A DNA stretch of 64,000 nucleotides, from positions 20,498-84,497 of the IMG/VR virus record IMGVR_UViG_3300032319_001071. One strand, 5' to 3'. Shown here in pieces: positions 56,581-64,000 of the stretch. Origin of the DNA: a virus. Lineage: Duplodnaviria > Caudoviricetes. The first letter of the stretch is position 1. Each line of letters opens with the position of its first letter. A program made the position numbers and the translations under genes. The notes below the pieces were generated by a model that saw only the letters and a list, made by a program, of their open reading frames with translations, was not told the origin of the DNA and searched no databases.

Positions 56581-59500
56581 TTATTCTCCTAACGCTATTG
56601 TAGCACTTGAAAATGGATACCTGCGGGTTTGAACAGACTGGCTAATGCCAGTGACTTTTACAGTTGCTTTGTCTCCAGAAACTGGTGCATTATATAGTAT
56701 CAAATTCGATCCTGACACCTTGAACCCTCCGTTGGCATCCCATTCGCTAATCCATGGGTATCGGAGTTCCGTCACATACGGATCAAGGTACTGTCCATTC
56801 AATATCACTTCAACGTCTTTTGAATCAACGATTGAGGTGAGTGATCCGGCAAGTGTTCCCGGTGTGGCGGGAGCAGAAACAAGATTGACAGGCGTCACCA
56901 CGGTGCATGTCGTAGATGTGGATGAATTCACCAGCCACGCATTGTTGTACCCTGCGGTGCTGCATCCGCTGATCGTGATGTAAGAACCCGGAACAATCGT
57001 TCCAAGCGAGTGCGTGACGACGAATTGCGCGGCGTTTGACACAATGCTAGTAATTGTTCCGCTCGACGTGACGAGCGAAGTCAGTGCCGACTGGTCCTTG
57101 CGCAACGGGAATGATGCCTTATTGCCGTCAAAATATCGCGAGATATCGTTCACGACAAACGGAAGGTTTGGCTGAGTAAGTTGCCCGGTAACAGCGGTAT
57201 TTCCAGTGATATACGGAGTGCTTATTTCATCTAAAAATTTTCCACTATTTGCGGAAAAATTATTTAATCTAAATGTCTGTATTGTATTTTGTAAATTATT
57301 TGCGCAAAAAAGAAATTTTCCAACTGGATCAATTGCAATCATGCGAGGATTAGTTCCGCAAGATATTGTTCCTGAAAAACTTAATAATCCTGAGTATTGA
57401 TCAATAGAATATACAGAAATAGTTGCATTTGCACTATTTGAAATATACACAAATTTGCCAGTAGGATCAATTGCTGGAATATATGGATTATTATTAGATT
57501 GAATATCGTTTATTTTAGTTAAATATCCATTATTTCTATCAATTGAAAATGAAGACACAGTGCCTGAAGTATAATTACAAGAAATCAAAAATCGTCCTGT
57601 AGGATCAATTGCAATTCCTGCAGGCAACGTTCCTGATGTAACTGATGTTCCATACAAATTTGCCAATAGAGGAGTGTTAATTGACAATAAAAATTGTTCA
57701 ATCTTGCCATCAGTAGAAATTGACGCATATACATGTTTTCCGTTCGGATGAACTGCAATGCCCCATGGGTTTATTCCCGAAGTATATCCTTGCCCATTAG
57801 TTGCTGTTGTGCCCAAGCTAGATAACAAACCTGTTGTTTGATCAATTGAATATGTTTGAATGGTATTACTATTTAAATTTGTCACCAAGGCAACTTGACC
57901 TGTAGGATCACAAATAACAGATAGTGGATATGTTCCCGCGCTCGTTGTTCCTACGGAAGTTAATGTTCCAGTAATTTGATTAACAGAATACGTCTGGACG
58001 GTGTTGGGAGTTGTTCCCGAAGCATTGGAATTACATACATATACAAATCTTCCTGTAGGATCAACTGTAATGCCTTGAGGAGTTGTTCCTGACGCAACAA
58101 TGCCAACCGAACTAAGAACACCAGTTGTTTGATGAATGGTGTAAGACTGAACTGTTCCAGAACCTCCATTAGTAGCAAACAAAAATTTTCCTGTAGGATC
58201 AATGGCCACTCCCCAAGGATTTGTTCCTGAAGCAACAGTGCCTACCGAAGTCAATAATCCCGTTCCATTATGAAACGTTGACCTTTGAATGATGTCGTTT
58301 GACGACAAAGATGAATACGTAATTGATGAACCCGCAATGGTGTTTCCAATAATGTATTGAGAAGATCGAGTTTGACCGCGTACATCAAGAGTTGATTGAG
58401 CAGATGATTTTCGAATGGGTCCAACAATCAAGGAATCAGAAAATGCGCCAGAACTTGCTCCAAATGTGCTTAGTTTATAACAATAAAGTGCGTTAGAATT
58501 AGCTGACGGAACATAATTAGCGGTAAATAAAAATTTTCTTCTATCATCAACGGTTACTGCGGATATATAAGGAAGTTTTACAGACCAATATTGTATTGAT
58601 ACATACGTTAAAAGTCCAGTTATTTGATTAATTTTATATGTTTCCACTCCATAACCACCAGAAATAAATAAATATCTTCCAGTTAAATCACACCATATAC
58701 CCGACGTATCAAAATTTAGACCCTGAAAAGTGTTAATGTATCCAATAAATGTTAATGTTCCAGTATTTTTATTTATTGAAAAAGTGTGAATATTTTGTAC
58801 AGTTTGTCCAGTTCCCGACCCAGTCATTATCAAAAAAAGAAACCGACCAGTTGGATCAAGAGTTGTTTGTCCCGCATTTGAACTTATTAGATTTGTGACT
58901 GGCAGTGAAACAAATTGACCAAAAGAATTGATCTCCAAAGAAGAAATTGTACTTCCATAATAATTAGTTCCATACAAAAATTTTCCAGAAGGATTTGCAA
59001 TTAACCTCAAACCAGCTGCAGTTACACTATCTACGCTTGTTAGTGTTCCGTATAGTGGCGTCCCATAAGAAGATTGCAATGTATTAATTTTGTATGAAGA
59101 TATACTATTAGTATAGTAGCTACTAGCATAGACAAATCTTCCAGTTGGTTCCGCATATATGTAGCCAGCACCCGATGGGGCAGGATGGTAAGTAAGAAGA
59201 GTTAAAGACCCAGTAGATTGATTGACAAGATAAGACCAAATGTAGGCTGTGGAGCTGGAACCGGGAAAATCGCAAGTAAGAGCATAAAAAAATCTTCCGC
59301 TTGGATCAAATGTTACGCTTTTCCAAGAACCGTATGCACCACCACCTACTATAGCCCCAATTGACCCGGTTGTGCTATCAAAAGTGTAAACATAAAAATA
59401 ATTATTAATGCTACACCGAGCAATAAATCTTCCTGTGGGATCAATAGCAATACTACTTGAAACATTGTTGACAGTTCCTGCTTCGTTATATAAGGAACTT

Positions 59501-61119
59501 GAATAAGTTAAAAAATTAGGTACATCATGAAATGTTGCAGGAGCCATCAGGCTTTCTGAAGACATTCCTTCATACGTTGTTAATGAACCTCCAACAACTG
59601 GCGGCCCAACAGCGTATTGTGATGCACGAACCATTCCCGAAACATCTAATGCTGTATTTTTAGAAACAGGTCTTTTAAATTTACCATCTTCAGTATCTCG
59701 ACCGATAGTCAATTGATCTTGAAACGTTCCACTAGTAGAGGTAAAATTATTTATTCTGTATGCCTGAACAGTATTGCTATTAAAATTTGTAATAAAAATA
59801 AATTTTCCAGCATTATCAGAAATGATACATCGAGGATTAGTTCCTGCAGTACTAGTCTCAAATACTGTAAGCACTCCAGTGTTTTGATTTATAGTATATG
59901 TTTGAACACTGGTTGCTCCGTAATTTGTAAGAAATAAAAATTTGCCATTTGGATGAATTGTTATTCCATAAGGATTTGTGCCAGTATCAACTATTGTTAC
60001 TAACGTTAGAATTCCACTAATTTGATTAATAGTGTATCCATGTATATATGCAGATCCAAAAGACGCGACATAGACAAAACGGCCAGTTGGATCAACTGCT
60101 ATCCCTTCGGGATTAGAACCTGTTGCTATTGTTCCACTAGAACTTAATGCTCCGCTTTTTTGATCAATTACATAAGATTGAACAGTATTACCATTATTAT
60201 TTGTTACAAAAACAAAACGACCTGTTGGATCAACTGCAATAAATTCAGGATTATTTCCTGTCGTAGCAGTTCCTATAGAAGTAAGCGCTCCGCTATTTTG
60301 ATTTATGTTGTATGATTGAACAGTATTACTATTATTATTTGTTACAAAAACAAAACGACCCGTTGGGTCAACTGCTATTCCAAAGGGATTGTTTCCTGTC
60401 AAAACAGTACCTATTGAAGTAAGATTGCCAGTGCTTTGATCGATAGTGTATGACTGAACTGTTGCATTTCCGTTATTTGTTACAAACACAAAACGCGCAG
60501 TTGGGTCAACTGCTACCCCATAAGGAGTAGTTCCCGTTGGAGCAGTTCCAATTGAAGTTAACTCTCCAGTATATTGATTAACATTGTATGATTGCACTGT
60601 GGTTGCGCCACTATTTGTCACAAAAACAAACTGACCTCTTGAATCAATTGCTATGCCAAAAGGACTTGATCCCGTTGTCTTTGTTCCGCTAGAAAACAAT
60701 AATCCGGTTCCTCCGTGAAAAGTTGGCGGAGGAAGAAGATTATTGGCCGTGATCGCCGCATACGTAATGGATGATCCCGAAACAGGATTGCCAATGATGT
60801 ATTGCGGAGCGCGTACCTGACCCTTTACGTCAAGGATAGATTGAACAGAAGTGCTTCTTCCAGAACCAATAATCAATGAATCTAATAGTGCTGTGGTTCC
60901 AGTCAAATTAGATGAAAATGTTTGCGCCAATGGCCATGTGTTTGCAGCATTAACGATAAGACTTGGTTGCCCAATCTCCGTCCAGCCTACACCACCATTG
61001 CTGAATACCACACGCTTGTAATATCTTCCCGTACCAATGTTCCACCACTCATCGCCGGGCTGAACTCCATTTGGCTCGGATGTATCGACAAAATGCTGGA
61101 TGCTTTCTCTTGTTGGCAT
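56581..61119 (-). CDS. Triple beta-propeller (YVTN/lactonase-like) virion protein
   Basis: About 21 blades of P.GIA(I/V)DPTG(R/K)FVYV.N in three blocks, each preceded by LDV.G..R..QY.(I/V)G linker; start MPTRES at 61119. Confidence 0.85.
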   Translation of the reverse strand: MPTRESIQHFVDTSEPNGVQPGDEWWNIGTGRYYKRVVFSNGGVGWTEIGQPSLIVNAANTWPLAQTFSSNLTGTTALLDSLIIGSGRSTSVQSILDVKGQVRAPQYIIGNPVSGSSITYAAITANNLLPPPTFHGGTGLLFSSGTKTTGSSPFGIAIDSRGQFVFVTNSGATTVQSYNVNQYTGELTSIGTAPTGTTPYGVAVDPTARFVFVTNNGNATVQSYTIDQSTGNLTSIGTVLTGNNPFGIAVDPTGRFVFVTNNNSNTVQSYNINQNSGALTSIGTATTGNNPEFIAVDPTGRFVFVTNNNGNTVQSYVIDQKSGALSSSGTIATGSNPEGIAVDPTGRFVYVASFGSAYIHGYTINQISGILTLVTIVDTGTNPYGITIHPNGKFLFLTNYGATSVQTYTINQNTGVLTVFETSTAGTNPRCIISDNAGKFIFITNFNSNTVQAYRINNFTSTSGTFQDQLTIGRDTEDGKFKRPVSKNTALDVSGMVRASQYAVGPPVVGGSLTTYEGMSSESLMAPATFHDVPNFLTYSSSLYNEAGTVNNVSSSIAIDPTGRFIARCSINNYFYVYTFDSTTGSIGAIVGGGAYGSWKSVTFDPSGRFFYALTCDFPGSSSTAYIWSYLVNQSTGSLTLLTYHPAPSGAGYIYAEPTGRFVYASSYYTNSISSYKINTLQSSYGTPLYGTLTSVDSVTAAGLRLIANPSGKFLYGTNYYGSTISSLEINSFGQFVSLPVTNLISSNAGQTTLDPTGRFLFLIMTGSGTGQTVQNIHTFSINKNTGTLTFIGYINTFQGLNFDTSGIWCDLTGRYLFISGGYGVETYKINQITGLLTYVSIQYWSVKLPYISAVTVDDRRKFLFTANYVPSANSNALYCYKLSTFGASSGAFSDSLIVGPIRKSSAQSTLDVRGQTRSSQYIIGNTIAGSSITYSSLSSNDIIQRSTFHNGTGLLTSVGTVASGTNPWGVAIDPTGKFLFATNGGSGTVQSYTIHQTTGVLSSVGIVASGTTPQGITVDPTGRFVYVCNSNASGTTPNTVQTYSVNQITGTLTSVGTTSAGTYPLSVICDPTGQVALVTNLNSNTIQTYSIDQTTGLLSSLGTTATNGQGYTSGINPWGIAVHPNGKHVYASISTDGKIEQFLLSINTPLLANLYGTSVTSGTLPAGIAIDPTGRFLISCNYTSGTVSSFSIDRNNGYLTKINDIQSNNNPYIPAIDPTGKFVYISNSANATISVYSIDQYSGLLSFSGTISCGTNPRMIAIDPVGKFLFCANNLQNTIQTFRLNNFSANSGKFLDEISTPYITGNTAVTGQLTQPNLPFVVNDISRYFDGNKASFPLRKDQSALTSLVTSSGTITSIVSNAAQFVVTHSLGTIVPGSYITISGCSTAGYNNAWLVNSSTSTTCTVVTPVNLVSAPATPGTLAGSLTSIVDSKDVEVILNGQYLDPYVTELRYPWISEWDANGGFKVSGSNLILYNAPVSGDKATVKVTGISQSVQTRRYPFSSATIALGE

Positions 61120-61120
61120 G

Positions 61121-62914
61121 TCAATCCCCAAATGCTATGGTCGAAGCAGAGAACGGATACGCTCGTTGCCCGACGGTTTTTGATGTTGATCTAATAATAA
61201 CTGATGCATCATCTCCGCGTCGAGGAGCATTGAAAACAATTAATTGTCCATCACGGATACGAAATCCCCTAAAGGAATCGTATTCAACAATCCAAGGATA
61301 TCTTTTTTCTGGAATGTATGGAGATATCCTTCTCCCGCCGATTATTACTTCTGCATCGTATGAATTGACAATGGAAGTCAATGAAATTTGATCCTTGCGA
61401 AGATTGAATACCGTTTGTGATCCGTTAAATGCTGTGGCAATATCATCAGGAACAATGGGGTCAAAAACATTATTTGGCTGATATGTCGTGTTACCGTATG
61501 GACGCAATGCAATTGCCGAGACGGCAATGCCAAATGGTGATCCAGCGCCTTTGTTTATAGACCACGTGGAAGTGACTCCGGGCGCGTAACCTGTCGAGGT
61601 ATACCACGCTGCACGCAACTCCCTGTCGCTTGTTCGTTCTGCAAACTTTGTCAACGTGACTGATGTGTTTGTCTCTGAAACATATGATCCAGTTTGAGAA
61701 ATTGCTGGCGCAGTGATTGCGTCAAAAAATTGAAATGCACGACCGACAACCGTTGTATAAATTACACTTGAACTCACCGAGTTTGTTCGTCGTGTGTATG
61801 AAACAGAAGAAATCTGGTCATTGTAATATCCGGGATCAAAAGAAAATTCGACAAAAGGATTATAAGGATCAACATTAAAAAAACTCATGCTAGAAGAAAC
61901 GGAATTGGTAAGTCCCGAATGCTGGACGACAACGTTGGTTGTTCCAACTGGCGGATCAATCATGTACCAATACTGATGGTTCATTCCCATTGGAGTAAGA
62001 GAATAATTATATGCAGGCGACAATCTTGTTCCTCCATAGGTAACATAACTGGCTCCAGAATATGAAGAAACTGAAACCAAAAGAATTCTTCTGTTTCCGG
62101 AATTAACGGTATGTGACCATGTAACTGTCTGCTTTTGTTCTGTGTCACCAAGGCCGCCGTTTATCCAGTCTCCATGAGTTGATTTCGTATCAATGGCAAC
62201 AGGGGTAATGGCGCTTGTCACTAGCGGAGAAGTAATTGCAACTCCGTTTGAAAATGTCTGTTTGTCCGTCCATGTATTGGCAGTGGAAAGGGATGCTCCT
62301 CCTCCACTTCCGGTTGATGCGGCTGTAATTCTTCCTTGAGCATCGACAGTGATGTTTGCGGATGTATACGAACCTGCGGTGACTGCAGTATTTGCCAAGT
62401 TGATGGTTACTGCCGCGGAGCCATTGAACGTCGATGCTGTTCCCGTCAGTCCTGTGCCAATGGTCAATGAATTGGTGGTGGTGCCTGAACTTCCACCTCC
62501 GCCACTGCCGGAAACTTGTGTCCATGTGCCCGGAGATCCAGCAGTGGTGCAAATCCAGATTTTCCCTGTGCGATCAACAACCACGTCACCGACGAGATAT
62601 GAACCTCCGAGTGGAGCGCCACTGGCAATACCGCCGACGAATCTGGCTCCAGCATTGACATCCGAACTGATGCCAGTAAGAGACAGATACGGAACAGTTG
62701 CGGCTCCGGACGATACGGTCAGTCCTCCAGCGGATACCGTGGCTCCACCGGCAGTCACCGTCAATCCGCCTGCGTCAACGGTCACGCCGCCAGTGGTGAC
62801 CTTGAGACCGCTGGTTACCTCGGACCCTTGTGCAATATTGCCGATAGTCAGGCCGCCCGTAACGACCTGACTGCCAACAACGTCAATCGAGTTTGTCGCC
62901 GTGAAACTCGGCAT
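61121..62914 (-). CDS. Modular fibre/decoration protein
   Basis: GGLTV..GG repeats, WSHTVNSGNRRILLV module, C-terminus homologous to that of the 61119 gene. Confidence 0.75.
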   Translation of the reverse strand: MPSFTATNSIDVVGSQVVTGGLTIGNIAQGSEVTSGLKVTTGGVTVDAGGLTVTAGGATVSAGGLTVSSGAATVPYLSLTGISSDVNAGARFVGGIASGAPLGGSYLVGDVVVDRTGKIWICTTAGSPGTWTQVSGSGGGGSSGTTTNSLTIGTGLTGTASTFNGSAAVTINLANTAVTAGSYTSANITVDAQGRITAASTGSGGGASLSTANTWTDKQTFSNGVAITSPLVTSAITPVAIDTKSTHGDWINGGLGDTEQKQTVTWSHTVNSGNRRILLVSVSSYSGASYVTYGGTRLSPAYNYSLTPMGMNHQYWYMIDPPVGTTNVVVQHSGLTNSVSSSMSFFNVDPYNPFVEFSFDPGYYNDQISSVSYTRRTNSVSSSVIYTTVVGRAFQFFDAITAPAISQTGSYVSETNTSVTLTKFAERTSDRELRAAWYTSTGYAPGVTSTWSINKGAGSPFGIAVSAIALRPYGNTTYQPNNVFDPIVPDDIATAFNGSQTVFNLRKDQISLTSIVNSYDAEVIIGGRRISPYIPEKRYPWIVEYDSFRGFRIRDGQLIVFNAPRRGDDASVIIRSTSKTVGQRAYPFSASTIAFGD

Positions 62915-62922
62915 TGCTAATC

Positions 62923-64000
62923 CTATCCGGCCTCAGTAGTTTGGACACTTACCGTCCAGTTGATCGTCTTTGACGCAAGTCCCTTAACTTGAATATCAAT
63001 AGAATCAGATATTGTCACGTTATCCGATTGAACCGTAACTTCCAATGTTGTCTGGGCAGTATCGGCAGCAGCAATAACGACCGGATCACCAAGCAACGAC
63101 AATGACCCTCCGGATGAAGTCTTGCGAAATACCGCGGAAATTTCCCATGCGGCACCAGCAGAGTCATCCGCATTCCACGCGGTAATAAAAATTTTGGTGA
63201 ACCATGTTGCTCCGATGCCGTTTGGCAAGGTAATCACATTGCTGGATGTGGGGGTAACGGCACCTCCGCTTGTAAGCCGAGTGACTGTTGCATTTGTGGT
63301 TTGTCCATAAAGCAGATAGTTGCCGAGTCTTCTGTATCCTGCCGCAACGGTAGTGCTGTTGGATCCTAGATTGAAATATGGGGCATTGCCTGTATGAAGC
63401 AACTGATATTCCGCAGTGGTGTTCTGAACAAATAATGAAGAAGATTTATTGTACAGTCGAATGTCAGTGCTGGTCGGCGCTGTAACGGATGCTTGCGACT
63501 TGAATACCTCAAAAACGTTTTGTGTTGAAGAAGTTGCAAACGTAGGAGAGGTAATTGTTGGGCTTTGATCAAGAACTGCTTTTCCAGTACCAACAATGTC
63601 GCTAATTTGGGTCGAATTAATACTAAATACATTTCCTGTACTAGCCGTATTAAACGTCTTGTTGGTGAATGTATCGCTTGTTGCCCTACCAACGAGCGTA
63701 TCTGTGCTTGTCGGAAGCGTCAATGTTCCTGTATTGACGATAGACGAGAAACTCGGCGTTGTCAGCGAAGGACTAGTTGCAAGAACTGCCGATCCTGTTC
63801 CGGTAACTGCGCTGATTGCTGTGCCATTGATTTTGAATGAGTTCCCTGTTCCAGCAGTATCATATGTCTTATTTGTAAACGTATCGCTTGTTGCCCTACC
63901 AACGAGCGTATCTGTGCTTGTCGGAAGCGTCAATGTTCCTGTATTGACGATAGACGAGAAATTCGGCGTTGTCAGGGAAGGGCTGGTCGCAAGAACTACC
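62923..64000 (-). CDS. Fibre-like protein, starts beyond the right edge (partial)
   Basis: Frame is open from 63999; 70-aa repeats TLTLPTSTDTLVGRATSDTFTNKT. Confidence 0.8.
   Translation of the reverse strand, partial: VVLATSPSLTTPNFSSIVNTGTLTLPTSTDTLVGRATSDTFTNKTYDTAGTGNSFKINGTAISAVTGTGSAVLATSPSLTTPSFSSIVNTGTLTLPTSTDTLVGRATSDTFTNKTFNTASTGNVFSINSTQISDIVGTGKAVLDQSPTITSPTFATSSTQNVFEVFKSQASVTAPTSTDIRLYNKSSSLFVQNTTAEYQLLHTGNAPYFNLGSNSTTVAAGYRRLGNYLLYGQTTNATVTRLTSGGAVTPTSSNVITLPNGIGATWFTKIFITAWNADDSAGAAWEISAVFRKTSSGGSLSLLGDPVVIAAADTAQTTLEVTVQSDNVTISDSIDIQVKGLASKTINWTVSVQTTEAG
63671..64000. repeat. 210-bp-period direct repeat inside the last gene
   Basis: 63671-63751 is identical to 63881-63961 (81 bp), with continued high similarity after. 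Confidence 0.9.

Noticed and set aside
31253-64000. Diversity-generating retroelement targeting fibre genes
   Set aside because: No reverse transcriptase, and no repeat pair differing only at adenines. Repeats seen are in-frame protein repeats.
1-64000. Alternative genetic code (stop-codon reassignment)
   Set aside because: Standard-code ORFs tile the minus strand densely with coupled starts and stops, and TAA, TAG and TGA all end genes.

Overview
This is a 64-kb segment of a large dsDNA tailed phage with a contractile (myovirus-type) tail. Every credible gene except one lies on the minus strand, so transcription runs right to left. In transcription order: (i) ~64-46.5 kb, a block of very large modular fibre/decoration genes (triple beta-propeller protein, two paralogous ~1.2-1.3 kaa proteins, an S74-chaperone fibre); (ii) 46-19.5 kb, the contractile tail core (sheath, tube, frameshifted chaperone pair, tape measure with SLT and M23 domains, hub, spike, tube-initiator-like protein, LysM/gp25 wedge, baseplate J, wedge I-like protein, proximal fibre) plus glycine-rich proteins; (iii) 14.3-10.9 kb, lysis genes (LL-H-like holin, M23 endolysin, membrane-anchored SLT, HNH); (iv) 10.9-0 kb, a more GC-rich arm with an MT-A70 methyltransferase, an AAA+ ATPase with a small partner, regulators, a DUF3150-like protein, primase-helicase and RuvC. 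No capsid, portal, terminase, integrase, tRNA, CRISPR array or reverse transcriptase is visible. The host is probably a monoderm (Chloroflexota is a tentative guess). Most notable: a small toolkit of beta-rich modules inserted in-frame, often nested, into almost every virion protein; a stand-alone paralogue of the endolysin C-terminal domain; a probable +1 frameshift at UCG-UUU-CGC; an AAA+/DUF1257-DUF2997-like/DUF3150-like set; and a lone antisense NTP-pyrophosphatase sharing a palindromic two-way ribosome-binding site. All family calls come from motif recognition by eye, not database searches.
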